64,000 bases of DNA from an uncultured Phycisphaerales bacterium (GTDB lineage Bacteria > Planctomycetota > Phycisphaerae > Sedimentisphaerales > Anaerobacaceae), in the NCBI GenBank assembly GCA_963718665.1, contig OY970359.1, forward strand, positions 320,001 through 384,000, written 5' to 3'. This document shows positions 55,081 through 64,000 of the stretch, one piece after another. The position numbers and the translations under genes are program-made. Below the pieces are notes generated by a model. It searched no databases. It was not told where the DNA came from and was given only the letters and a program-made list of their open reading frames with translations. The stretch's first letter is position 1. Each line of letters opens with the position of its first letter.

Positions 55081-56928
55081 TTACCTGATTTCCCGATAAT
55101 ATTTTTTAAGATGAATCTGAATGACAGTAACATCGGCTGGCGTGATGCCGGAGATTCGTCCCGCCTGACCAAGCGTTTGGGGGCGGAACAACGTTAATTT
55201 TTCCTTCGCCTCAGGCCTCAGGTGCGTTACCGCACTATAATCCAAATCCGCCGGAATTTGTTTTTTGTCCCATGCCTGCAAACCGGCGGCAAGACGCTCC
55301 TGTTTGACAAGATACCCCTCGTATTTGGCGTCGATGACAGCCGCATCGATTACTTCTTTGTTAAAGCCAGCGTCTTTAATTTCGGGCATTCCCGCCAGCG
55401 CCGGCGCAAAAGGACTGTTCGGCCTGCGAAGCTGTTCCCACAAGACGATTCCGTCCCGTTTATTTTTCGTAAGATATTCCCTGAGTCGTTCTATATCGCT
55501 TAATTTCTTCTGGAATCTTTCCCATCGCTTGTCATCAACCAGGCCGACCGCCCTGCCAATCTCCGTCAGGCGTCTGTCCGCGTTGTCCGACCGCAAACTT
55601 AATCGATATTCCGCGCGTGAGGTAAACATCCTGTATGGCTCATCCGGGATACCGACACCCTCGATGCCAAGCCCCTTGGTAAGTAAATCATCAATCATCA
55701 CGCCGATATATGCCTGGTCCCTGCCCAGAACAATCGGCTCAGCCCCCTGCAGAAATCTCGCGGCGTTTATTCCTGCGATGATGCCCTGTCCCGCCGCTTC
55801 TTCGTAGCCGCTTGTACCGTTGATTTGTCCCGCAAGGAAAAGCCCCGCAATTTTCTTTGTCTCAAGATTGCTCTTCAACTGCACGGGCGGACAGTAATCA
55901 TACTCAATCGCGTAGCCATAATGCACAATATCGGCGTTCTCACAGCCCGGCAGGTTCCTGATAATCTCATCCTGAACGTCTTTGGGCAGTGACGTGCTGA
56001 CGCCATTACAGTAAATAACCTTTTGCTCCAATTCCTCCGGCTCAAGAAATACCTGGTGACGCTCCCTGTCCGCGAAACGAATAATCTTGGTCTCGATGCT
56101 CGGGCAGTATCGCGGGCCGGTCGATTTTATCTGGCCCGTATAAAGCGGCGCACGGTCGAGATTATCGCGAATTATCTTATGTATCTTTTCATTAGTATAG
56201 GTAATCCAGCAGGGTATTTGCGGCCGGTCGATTCTGTCATTCATAAATGAAAACGGCGCCGGCTCCTTATCGCCCTGCTGGACTTCGAGCTTTTCATAAT
56301 CAATCGTGCCAGCGTCCAGCCGTGGCGGCGTTCCGGTCTTCAGCCGTTTGACAACAAGACCCAGCCGCTCAAGACAGCCCGAAAGGTCATCAGACGCCGG
56401 CTCACCTCGCCTGCCTCCCTCGAAACTCTCCTGCCCTATGTGCATAAGCCCGCGAAGAAATGTCCCCGTCGCCACTATCACCGTTTTTGTATCGCACAAC
56501 CAGCTGTCTTTGCCCCGCACACCGACAACACGACCATTCTCAACAATAATCTCGACAGCCATTTGCTCGATGATGGTGAGGTTGGGCGTTTGTTCAAGTG
56601 AGGAAATCATAAATTGCTGATACCTGTATTTGTCCGCCTGGGCGCGTGGCGACTGCACAGCCGGGCCTTTTGAGCGATTTAGCATCCTGAACTGAATCCC
56701 CGTCGCATCGGTCGCCAGCCCCATAAGCCCGCCAAGCGCGTCAACCTCGCGGACAATCTGACCCTTGGCCAGCCCGCCTATCGCCGGGTTGCAGCTCATC
56801 GCCCCGATTTTATTTTTATCGATAGTGATAAGAGCCGTCTTTGCGCCGATTTTCGCAGCCGCGTGCGCGGCCTCTATACCGGCATGCCCCGCCCCGATTA
56901 CTACACAATCAAAATTATTTGCGCCCAT
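55081..56928 (-). CDS. mnmG: tRNA uridine 5-carboxymethylaminomethyl modification enzyme
   Basis: GAGHAG.EAA, MSCNPAIGG, GPRYCPSIE, AGQINGTSGYEEAAGQG and EPYRMFTSRAEYR. Confidence 0.98.
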   Translation of the reverse strand: MGANNFDCVVIGAGHAGIEAAHAAAKIGAKTALITIDKNKIGAMSCNPAIGGLAKGQIVREVDALGGLMGLATDATGIQFRMLNRSKGPAVQSPRAQADKYRYQQFMISSLEQTPNLTIIEQMAVEIIVENGRVVGVRGKDSWLCDTKTVIVATGTFLRGLMHIGQESFEGGRRGEPASDDLSGCLERLGLVVKRLKTGTPPRLDAGTIDYEKLEVQQGDKEPAPFSFMNDRIDRPQIPCWITYTNEKIHKIIRDNLDRAPLYTGQIKSTGPRYCPSIETKIIRFADRERHQVFLEPEELEQKVIYCNGVSTSLPKDVQDEIIRNLPGCENADIVHYGYAIEYDYCPPVQLKSNLETKKIAGLFLAGQINGTSGYEEAAGQGIIAGINAARFLQGAEPIVLGRDQAYIGVMIDDLLTKGLGIEGVGIPDEPYRMFTSRAEYRLSLRSDNADRRLTEIGRAVGLVDDKRWERFQKKLSDIERLREYLTKNKRDGIVLWEQLRRPNSPFAPALAGMPEIKDAGFNKEVIDAAVIDAKYEGYLVKQERLAAGLQAWDKKQIPADLDYSAVTHLRPEAKEKLTLFRPQTLGQAGRISGITPADVTVIQIHLKKYYREIR

Positions 56929-57313
56929 TTGATTCTGCTAATGCCACAGCGGAGGCGATGGCAAAATTGGCGGTATGGGTAATGCTGACGCTTATCTGCG
57001 TGATGCCGAGTTTGTCGGCGATTTTTTTGACCTCGCCGGACAACTTCACCTGGGGCTGCCCCGTTTCGGTATTAACCACCTCGATATCCGTCCAGGCGAT
57101 TTTGCCCCGCCAGCCCGTCCCAACAAGTTTCAGTACCGCCTCTTTTGCGGCAAACCGGCCGGCTAATTTCTCAATCCCGTTTTTGTTGGAATTAGCGTAT
57201 TTCTGCTCCCCGGCGGTAAAAACCCTGTCCAAAAAACGCTCGCCGTGGCGTTTGACCATATCCTCTATCCGAGGAAAATCAACCAAATCTATGCCATGTG
57301 CGATTATTCCCAT
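56915..57313 (-). CDS. acpS: Holo-[acyl-carrier-protein] synthase
   Basis: GIDLVD, AGRFAAKEA and VSITH. Confidence 0.95.
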   Translation of the reverse strand: MGIIAHGIDLVDFPRIEDMVKRHGERFLDRVFTAGEQKYANSNKNGIEKLAGRFAAKEAVLKLVGTGWRGKIAWTDIEVVNTETGQPQVKLSGEVKKIADKLGITQISVSITHTANFAIASAVALAESNGRK

Positions 57314-57328
57314 CCGATGATCCAAACA

Positions 57329-58432
57329 CTATTTATTGGCCACTCTGTAAATTTCACGCACGCAAAAATCCACAAATTTTGCCCTGTCTGCCGCCGAGGC
57401 CTGCTCAACAAGTTCATCATTTACCTTATCAATCGCCTGATGCATACGCTCGACTGATATCCGCGCCTTAACCTGGTTCTGAACCTTCTCGAACGGCTCG
57501 ACGCTCTTCGGCTGATATTCAACAAGTTGCATAACAAAAATGTGCCCTTCCACATCGATAGGCCCCGCCGTTTCTCCCGGCTTCATCGTCGCCGCCTTTC
57601 GGGCCAGAACATCATACGGCGCCACAAGCGAATCCGGGGCGGCGTTCACCTCCCCGGCCGTTAAGGCATCGTTCGCCTTTGAATAATCCTTCGCTAATTG
57701 CTCAAAATTCTCGCCCTGCTTGATACGCTTCACAATACCATCGATAAGCTCCATCGCCTGCTCCTGGCGAGGCCTGTTGACGTCGATATCCCGCATCTTC
57801 GCCGGCTCAAGGTCGATAAGACGAAACTGCAATACCCCCGGCGTTCCATACAACTCCTCTTTGCTTGCATTATACGCCGACATCATCTCGCTATACGTAA
57901 TCGGCTGGTCTTTCGGCATCTTCTGGGCCAAGTAACTCTGACTCAATATGTATCGCCTTTTATATTGCTCAAACTTACTCCAGTCCATCCCCATCTGTTT
58001 TAGCGACTGCTCCGCCTTGGCGTAATCCCCGCCGAAATCCATCACGTATTTTCTGACTTCCGCGGTGGTTACCTTATCAAGCTCATCATCAATCTTATCG
58101 CCTGCATCTTTTTTTGCCCTGCTGTAAAGCAGCGCATTAACTATCTTGTCAATAAGCTGATGCTCAATCACCGGCCCCGCGACACTTTTGAATTTCTCAA
58201 AATCGGTCCTCTGCGCCGCCGCCGCCAGCTTTTCAAAAACAGGACTAATAACTTCATCCGATGTGATTGTCTGGTCGCCCACAGCCAGAGCAAAACCGCC
58301 GCTGACTTCAGGAAGCCCGTCGCGTTTGGCAAGCGGCAGCTTTGCCATCTCTTCCGGCGTAAACTGGGGCTTGTCCTCGCAACCTGCCAGAACCAAACCG
58401 GCCGCCAATATCAATAACATCGCTTTGCGCAT
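57329..58432 (-). CDS. SurA/PrsA-like PpiC-type peptidylprolyl isomerase lipoprotein
   Basis: Lipobox LAGC; GENFEQLAKDYS, MKPGETAGPI and PFEKVQNQV. Confidence 0.8.
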   Translation of the reverse strand: MRKAMLLILAAGLVLAGCEDKPQFTPEEMAKLPLAKRDGLPEVSGGFALAVGDQTITSDEVISPVFEKLAAAAQRTDFEKFKSVAGPVIEHQLIDKIVNALLYSRAKKDAGDKIDDELDKVTTAEVRKYVMDFGGDYAKAEQSLKQMGMDWSKFEQYKRRYILSQSYLAQKMPKDQPITYSEMMSAYNASKEELYGTPGVLQFRLIDLEPAKMRDIDVNRPRQEQAMELIDGIVKRIKQGENFEQLAKDYSKANDALTAGEVNAAPDSLVAPYDVLARKAATMKPGETAGPIDVEGHIFVMQLVEYQPKSVEPFEKVQNQVKARISVERMHQAIDKVNDELVEQASAADRAKFVDFCVREIYRVANK

Positions 58433-58471
58433 ATAATAAACATCCAATCCTTTTTAATAACCAGCCCGCTT

Positions 58472-58543
58472 CTGAGCTTGCCCACCCCGGCAATCCGTAG
58501 GCCGGGGAGCTTGCCGAATAGGTCGAACCCGTTACCAACGGGT
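58472..58543. repeat. Nested palindromic elements
   Basis: The direct repeat GAGCTTGCC (58474-58482, 58507-58515) brackets the hairpin CCCCGGC-N9-GCCGGGG; a further hairpin ACCCGTT-ACC-AACGGGT follows. Confidence 0.6.
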
Positions 58544-58641
58544 AGATTCTACGGTAAAACCCCGGCCAAATCCACAAAAAGCTTTACAGACCGATGCCGT
58601 CCTCTGCCGATAAATACTAACGATTGAAAAGGAGACAAGCT

Positions 58642-59100
58642 ATGAAAAAAGCATTTGCGATTGGCGCTATTTTAACCCTTTTTGCGGGCTGCAACACCGA
58701 TATTGTTACCACCGATCAATTAAAGACCGTCAAAAACAAGTGTGTTTACGTTACGCCAATCGAAAGCCGTGACCCCTCTGTCGGTAAGGTTCTCAAAGAC
58801 ATCCTCGAAAAGGAATTTGTCCGCAAAAACATTCGATTGTGTGATGCTGACAATGCCAACGTCATACTCACCGGTTCGGCATTTCTCACAACCCGCACTG
58901 GCGGAACCGGTTGGACTGGCTTGTTTGACTTTTTTAATGAAAAACCCGTCTCAGCTCAGGCAATCGAATCGGTAACCATTACCGCCAAAGATAAATCGGG
59001 CAACATCCTCCTCACTGCCTCATATAACAACTCAGAACTGAAAACTACAAGTAAATTCGCCAAGGACTTCGGCTCAACCCTCGCAGACAAATTGAGATAG
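58642..59100 (+). CDS. Hypothetical lipoprotein
   Basis: SD AAGGAG and lipobox FAGC. Confidence 0.75.
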   Translation: MKKAFAIGAILTLFAGCNTDIVTTDQLKTVKNKCVYVTPIESRDPSVGKVLKDILEKEFVRKNIRLCDADNANVILTGSAFLTTRTGGTGWTGLFDFFNEKPVSAQAIESVTITAKDKSGNILLTASYNNSELKTTSKFAKDFGSTLADKLR

Positions 59101-59113
59101 AGAGGCCAGACCT

Positions 59114-59623
59114 TTATTTTAGGGTTGCGTTCTTTTTTGCGACTTCTTTGGCCTGTGAGGCCTTAAGCCGGGATAATTTACCAGCCAGGTTCTTATCCGA
59201 TAATGCCAAAATCTGGACCGCCAGAACAGCGGCATTCTTCGCCCCTGCTTTGCCGATTGCTACCGTCGCCACCGGAACCCCTCCCGGCATCTGAACCGTG
59301 CTAAGCAAGGCATCCAATCCCGCCAAACCTTCTTTAGCGGCAAGCGGCACGCCGATAACGGGCAGCGTCGTCTGGGCAGCGATTGCTCCTGCCAGATGGG
59401 CCGCCATACCCGCAGCTGCAATTATCACCTTTATGCCTTTTTTAGCAGCCCCTGCGGCAAACTGTGCGGCCGCCTTGGGCGTCCTATGAGCCGAGATTAT
59501 ACGCACAAACGGCTGTATCCCAAAATCCTTTAGCGTATCGATGCAGGTCTGCATTATCGCAAGGTCGCTGTCCGAACCCATTATCACCGCTACCGATGAT
59601 TTGCTGTTCTTATTAGCTGCCAT
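59114..59623 (-). CDS. purE: N5-carboxyaminoimidazole ribonucleotide mutase
   Basis: IMGSDSD, SAHRTP, AGMAAHL and LSTVQMP.GVPVA. Confidence 0.97.
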   Translation of the reverse strand: MAANKNSKSSVAVIMGSDSDLAIMQTCIDTLKDFGIQPFVRIISAHRTPKAAAQFAAGAAKKGIKVIIAAAGMAAHLAGAIAAQTTLPVIGVPLAAKEGLAGLDALLSTVQMPGGVPVATVAIGKAGAKNAAVLAVQILALSDKNLAGKLSRLKASQAKEVAKKNATLK

Positions 59624-59641
59624 TTATCTTTCTCTCCATTA

Positions 59642-59706
59642 ACTCCGTGAGATATCACAAGCTCTTTTTTACTCCGTGGGACAATAAACAATTTATCTCA
59701 CGGGGT
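59642..59706. repeat. Intergenic inverted repeat
   Basis: ACTCCGTGAGATA...TATCTCACGGGGT with an extra internal arm ACTCCGTGGGA; a related arm TATCCCACGGGG lies at ~51629-51640. Confidence 0.6.
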
Positions 59707-59768
59707 AAAAAATTTACCTATACCGCCATTGCCATAATAGTATAATCGTAGCTTGACAGGTGCACAAT

Positions 59769-60644
59769 ATGCAAAAGAGAAAACCCATAGTAGCAGGCCA
59801 ATTTTACCCCGGCCGACCGGACGAGTGCGCTGACGAGATAAAGCAGTGTCTCAAAGAATCGCCTTTGAATATGCCCCTTCCCGATAGTATCGCTGCGGGC
59901 ATTGTCCCTCACGCGGGCTGGACATTCAGCGGCTCAACCGCGGCGATTGTCTTTGCCGCAATAAAAAAGAAACACCCGAAGGTCGATACCTTTGTAATAT
60001 TCGGCGCAGCACATGGCTACATCGGCCATCCCCCTGCCGTTTACGACAAGGGCAGTTGGCTGACACCACTCGGTGAAATCCCCATCGATGAAGCGCTTGC
60101 AGACGCCATAATCGAAAGTGAAACCGCGATAAGCGACCGCAACGCACACGACAGCGAACACAGTATGGAAGTCCAGGTCCCGTTCATTCAATACCTTTTC
60201 CCCAGCGCGAAAATACTGCCTATTCTCACACCGCCGGACAACGATGCGATTCGCTTGGGCGAAATCGTCGGAAGTATCATTGCCAGCGACAACGAGAGAA
60301 AAATCGTCTGCCTCGGCTCAACCGACCTGACTCACTATGGCCCGGGATATGGTTTTGTTCCTATGGGGACAGGCAAAGACGCGTTAAAATGGGCAATGGA
60401 AGTCAACGACAGGCAGTTCATCGACTATTCGCTGAAGATGCAGCCGGATAAGATGCTCGAAAGCGCAAATGAGAATTATAACGCTTGCGGGGCCGGCGCC
60501 GCTGCGGCAACCGTAGCCGCCGCCAAATCCCTCGGCAAGAAAAAAGGCATTCTCCTCGCCCATACCAACAGCAACGAGATAATGCTTCGCAAGATGGGTT
60601 CCTCCAGCCGGGAGTCCGTCGGCTACGCCGCTATCGTCTTCTAA
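59769..60644 (+). CDS. amrB: AmmeMemoRadiSam system protein B (MEMO1 family)
   Basis: RKPIVAGQFYP, VPHAGW.FSG, EHSMEVQVPF, STDLTHYG and VGYAA. Confidence 0.92.
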   Translation: MQKRKPIVAGQFYPGRPDECADEIKQCLKESPLNMPLPDSIAAGIVPHAGWTFSGSTAAIVFAAIKKKHPKVDTFVIFGAAHGYIGHPPAVYDKGSWLTPLGEIPIDEALADAIIESETAISDRNAHDSEHSMEVQVPFIQYLFPSAKILPILTPPDNDAIRLGEIVGSIIASDNERKIVCLGSTDLTHYGPGYGFVPMGTGKDALKWAMEVNDRQFIDYSLKMQPDKMLESANENYNACGAGAAAATVAAAKSLGKKKGILLAHTNSNEIMLRKMGSSSRESVGYAAIVF

Positions 60645-60822
60645 ACCGGCAGAAGCACTTTTTTTATCAGTTGGCAGACCAATCAGCCTCAAAACTTTCT
60701 GGAATTGTTTTGACAATTCGGAACATTTATCTAAACTGTTATTAATAGTAGGGATACACAATTGCTGTAAAAAGGAAGGACCTAAATTGTTGTTCCATTG
60801 CATCAAATAAGGAAAGGATAAA

Positions 60823-62460
60823 ATGCAAAAGGCAAGTATTATCGTAAAAACAATGTCAATCATAGTTATGGTGTTGGCTTCTGTCCCATTTGCGACAGCA
60901 GCAAATTTAGCAGATTATTTTCCTCTGGGTTTAGGAAGTTCATGGACATATCAGAATGTTGCAGACCACGACGATATGTACACTATAAGTGTTTTTGAAC
61001 GGTTCCTATTCCACAATAACCCAGCAGTTAAATTTGGAAAAGGCATTGATGATTATGCTATTGGTTATAACAACGGATCTTCTGTAAATATTTACTGGGG
61101 CGCATCTGGTGCTATATCTATTGGAAATTTTACAGACGGGACTTTTTTTAATTTGATGGAACCCACTAATTTTGTACTCTTGCGGATGTACGACAACCTT
61201 AATCCTGCGCTCAAAAGTGTTTACGGCGTTAACGACACCAATCTTGTGCTGTGGGTAACCTACGACAGCAGTTATCCGAAGAATTCACAAAATAGTATCG
61301 TAGAATCAAATCTTGGTGTCTCCATTCCAGACTATGCCGTTACAGGTATTGAATGGTATGCTAACGGTGTAGGTGAAATTGTTAACTTGGATGTCGATGC
61401 AGAAACTGGCAATATCGGGACACGATACGAACTAATCGACTACAATATAGTGTCCGAACCATCTCAATTCGGTACCGTTGGCGGAAAAAATATCAAGCTG
61501 ATACAGAAGGATTGCGATGGTAACAATGTAACATTCAGCCTGACAGGAGGCGGTTATGGTGAAGTAAATAGTACTGACTGTGCTTTCTCCACTATTAATC
61601 TGTTCCATACAACAGTAAACTCGGCGCTGACGATTTCAACAAAAGGCAAAGTCTACACGAGCGCAGGCAGCATAATTTGTAACGGGCCAATTAAAAGTAT
61701 CACGGCCAAAACCACTGAACTGTCAGGCAGTATTACAATTGGCTCTTCTTCGAATCCCGAAGCGGCTGTAACGATTGTTTTTGACCAGGCAAACGACCTT
61801 GCGATAAACAGTCAAATGCCAATACAGTCGATTTCAGCAACAGAATGGCTAGGCGGTTCAATTAACGCCCCCTCGGTCGGCAGTATAACAATCAAGGGTG
61901 ATACAAAGCGAGAAATATCAGGCGACTTATACGACGTCAATTTAATCTTGAGTCAACTGCCGGATGTTAAAATAATGGCCTTAGGCAGCCTAACCGTGAA
62001 TGGCTGGATAGATTCCAGTCAAATAATATCGCAAGGAAACATCGGCACAGTAACCGCCGGTGCAATGATAAATTCGGTCTGCTTTGCGGGCGTTAGTCCC
62101 GCTTATTTAGTGGACGTAAATGCTGCTGATGGCGTTCTCGATTTGCCCCCTGTCTTAGATGATACTTTTAATGAAACGGCAACAATAAATAGTATCGCGA
62201 TTAAAGGTATAAAGAGCGAGAATCCGCTTTACTTCATCAACAGCAATATCGCCGCGAAAAATGTTTCCAGCATGTATATCGCTTATCCAAAGTATGACAA
62301 TGCCGGCGCTCCGTTTGGTATCAGTATGTATAACAACCCCGCCAAAACATTCACAATTAAGGATGCCAACGGAACACATTCATGGAAGGGTAATAATATC
62401 GGCACAGCAGTCGATTGGCTCCTTGGAAACGGTGGTGATATGCAAATCCGCAGAGATTAG
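60823..62460 (+). CDS. Secreted/surface hypothetical protein with a beta-rich repetitive C-terminus
   Basis: Signal peptide, DYFPL..GSSWTY, EWYA.GVG.I and repeated I.SI../VGSITI units; upstream TTGACA-type promoter. Confidence 0.75.
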   Translation: MQKASIIVKTMSIIVMVLASVPFATAANLADYFPLGLGSSWTYQNVADHDDMYTISVFERFLFHNNPAVKFGKGIDDYAIGYNNGSSVNIYWGASGAISIGNFTDGTFFNLMEPTNFVLLRMYDNLNPALKSVYGVNDTNLVLWVTYDSSYPKNSQNSIVESNLGVSIPDYAVTGIEWYANGVGEIVNLDVDAETGNIGTRYELIDYNIVSEPSQFGTVGGKNIKLIQKDCDGNNVTFSLTGGGYGEVNSTDCAFSTINLFHTTVNSALTISTKGKVYTSAGSIICNGPIKSITAKTTELSGSITIGSSSNPEAAVTIVFDQANDLAINSQMPIQSISATEWLGGSINAPSVGSITIKGDTKREISGDLYDVNLILSQLPDVKIMALGSLTVNGWIDSSQIISQGNIGTVTAGAMINSVCFAGVSPAYLVDVNAADGVLDLPPVLDDTFNETATINSIAIKGIKSENPLYFINSNIAAKNVSSMYIAYPKYDNAGAPFGISMYNNPAKTFTIKDANGTHSWKGNNIGTAVDWLLGNGGDMQIRRD

Positions 62461-62492
62461 CCGGGCGGGTAAACATCCGATGAATTAAACCT

Positions 62493-62530
62493 GAGGGGGC
62501 TTTTCCCACAAAACCCCCTCTTTTAATTTT
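62493..62530 (+). terminator. Intrinsic terminator
   Basis: GAGGGGG...CCCCCTC-TTTTAATTTT. Confidence 0.75.
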
Positions 62531-62672
62531 ATTCTGATCTCTCTCAAAACTGCCATGCTGGCAGACAGGATTTGTAAAAGCCGGGTTTTGGCAGTCACAA
62601 TCACAGCGAAGAGCTATCGGCAACCCCTTTCAAGACAAGCACTTGCGGTTAGCATTTCCGCTAAACACTTGC

Positions 62673-62688
62673 TGGCACGGGGTTTGCA
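62673..62688 (+). promoter_or_regulatory. Sigma54 (-24/-12) promoter
   Basis: TGGCACGGGGTTTGCA matches TGGCACG-N4-TTGC(A/T) exactly. Confidence 0.75.
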
Positions 62689-62702
62689 ACTCTAAAGGCG
62701 CT

Positions 62703-63119
62703 ATGGTAGCGGACTTGCGACAATTCGATGAGTTAAACGTGCTGGCTATACGGTCGGACTGGGACTGGCCGGGGGCTTTGCGCGATATATTCAGGCCAAG
62801 AGGCATAAATCTGTTGGTCGCGGAGCGCACCAATGATATAGTTAACATTCTGCGGCATCGGCGGATTTGCACAACGATTATCGATACCGACCTCGACGAG
62901 CCGGAGGCGGGGCTGTGGACGCTGAAGATTATCCGAATGGAACAGCCGCTTATGCCCTGTATATTACTGGCAATGCGAGCGACTAATATGATGCTCGAAA
63001 AGGCGCTGCAGTTGGACGTCTTCAGCGTTATGGCAAAACCGGTGGATATGAATATTTTGAGAGACCAGTTGAATCGGCTGTTCGTGAAAAGATACGGCAG
63101 CCATATTTTCTCGTCATAA
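62703..63119 (+). CDS. Stand-alone atypical receiver (CheY-like) domain protein
   Basis: IIDTD, PCILLA, ALQLDVFSVMAKPVD; the beta1 acidic pair and the beta4 Thr/Ser are absent. Confidence 0.75.
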   Translation: MVADLRQFDELNVLAIRSDWDWPGALRDIFRPRGINLLVAERTNDIVNILRHRRICTTIIDTDLDEPEAGLWTLKIIRMEQPLMPCILLAMRATNMMLEKALQLDVFSVMAKPVDMNILRDQLNRLFVKRYGSHIFSS

Positions 63120-63164
63120 ACATAGAGCAAATGAAGGTAGAATTTTTGAAAGGAGTAGCAGGAA

Positions 63165-63455
63165 ATGAAAGTAAGACCATTGGCCGATAAGGTCCTCGTC
63201 CAGAGAGTGGAAGCGGAAACTAAAACAGCGGGTGGAATTGTCCTGCCCGACAGCGCAAAAGAAAAACCTCAGAAAGGCAAAGTCGTCGCGGTAGGCGACG
63301 GCAAAGTCCTCGACGACGGCTCACGCCAGAAACCACAGGTCAAAAAAGGCGACACGGTGCTGTTCACCAGCTACGCAGGCAGCGAAATAAAAATGGACGG
63401 CAAAGAATACCTGATTATGACCGAGTCGGACATTATGGCGGTCATCGAAGATTAA
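63165..63455 (+). CDS. groES: Co-chaperonin GroES
   Basis: [25 protein letters not shown] and ESDIMAVI. Confidence 0.98.
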   Translation: MKVRPLADKVLVQRVEAETKTAGGIVLPDSAKEKPQKGKVVAVGDGKVLDDGSRQKPQVKKGDTVLFTSYAGSEIKMDGKEYLIMTESDIMAVIED

Positions 63456-63501
63456 GCCGGAATTGATAATTGAAATTAAAACCCAGAAGGAGAAGTAAGA
63501 T

Positions 63502-64000
63502 ATGGCAGCGAAAAAGATAGCGTTTGGAACAGAGGCGAGAGCGGCGATACGGGAAGGCGTAAGAAAGCTCGCCGCCGCCGTTAAAGTAACATTAGGCCCC
63601 TGCGGCAGGGTCGTAGTTCTTGAAAAATCGTTCGGCTCACCCACCGTAACAAAAGACGGCGTGTCGGTCGCGAAAGAAATCGAGCTTGAAGACGCATACG
63701 AAAATATGGGCGCACAAATGGTCAAGGAAGTCGCGTCAAAGACATCAACCGTCGCGGGCGACGGGACAACCACCGCGACCATCCTGGCCGAAAGCATATT
63801 CGAAGAGGGGCTGAAAAATATCACAGCCGGCGCAAACCCGATGCAGGTAAAACGAGGCATTGATAGGGCGGTCGATACAATCGTAAAAGAATTGCAAAAT
63901 ATGAGCGTATCCGTCAATTCCAGCAACCAAAGAGAGTTTATTGAGCAGGTCGCAACGTGCTCTGCTAACCAAGACGCAGAAATTGGCAAAAAGCTGGCTG
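63502..64000 (+). CDS. groEL: Chaperonin GroEL; 3' end runs off the window
   Basis: Manual translation gives [13 protein letters not shown]...[11 protein letters not shown]...[12 protein letters not shown]...AGDGTTTAT. Confidence 0.98.
   Translation, partial: MAAKKIAFGTEARAAIREGVRKLAAAVKVTLGPCGRVVVLEKSFGSPTVTKDGVSVAKEIELEDAYENMGAQMVKEVASKTSTVAGDGTTTATILAESIFEEGLKNITAGANPMQVKRGIDRAVDTIVKELQNMSVSVNSSNQREFIEQVATCSANQDAEIGKKLA

Noticed and set aside
58460..58550. SRP (4.5S) RNA or tRNA
   Set aside because: It lacks the SRP helix-8 GGAA tetraloop with CAGG/AGCA loops and has no cloverleaf; nested palindromes explain it better.
62649..62675. CIRCE element upstream of groES
   Set aside because: TTAGCATTT-N9-ACTTGCTGG matches the right arm GAGTGCTAA at only 4 of 9 positions; the overlapping sigma54 consensus fits far better.
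63321..63989. 222-aa minus-strand ORF
   Set aside because: It is an antisense shadow of groES/groEL.

Overview
Chromosomal window from a bacterium that looks like an anaerobic Planctomycetota (Phycisphaerae/Sedimentisphaerales-like). This lineage call is inferred from prepilin-type proteins, a DUF1080-like domain and a dockerin-like C-terminal motif; no rRNA is present to confirm it. Most of the window is housekeeping and metabolism: cysE-cysK-Rrf2, xth, tsaD, larB, nnrD, bioY, a GH20-anmK-murQ-SSS amino-sugar recycling operon, avtA, tyrS, cobA/hemD-ahbC, pyrD, rex plus a group 3b [NiFe]-hydrogenase operon, mnmG, acpS, purE, amrB, groES/groEL and four tRNAs. The standout is a ~6 kb fluoride-response locus (5797-11719) with three fluoride (crcB) riboswitch aptamers and no Fluc or CLC-F exporter. 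One aptamer drives a cation:proton antiporter. A divergent one drives a dynamin-like GTPase - enolase - small membrane protein - Cys/His-rich (DUF6062-like) - TPR operon. A third has no gene of its own and points antisense into the end of that operon. A second theme is a set of very small palindromic elements: a 30-nt element sits in frame inside two unrelated genes, and other elements are nested inside repeats. Several single-base indels at G runs suggest assembly errors, so frameshift calls are tentative. All family assignments come from motif reading, not database searches.
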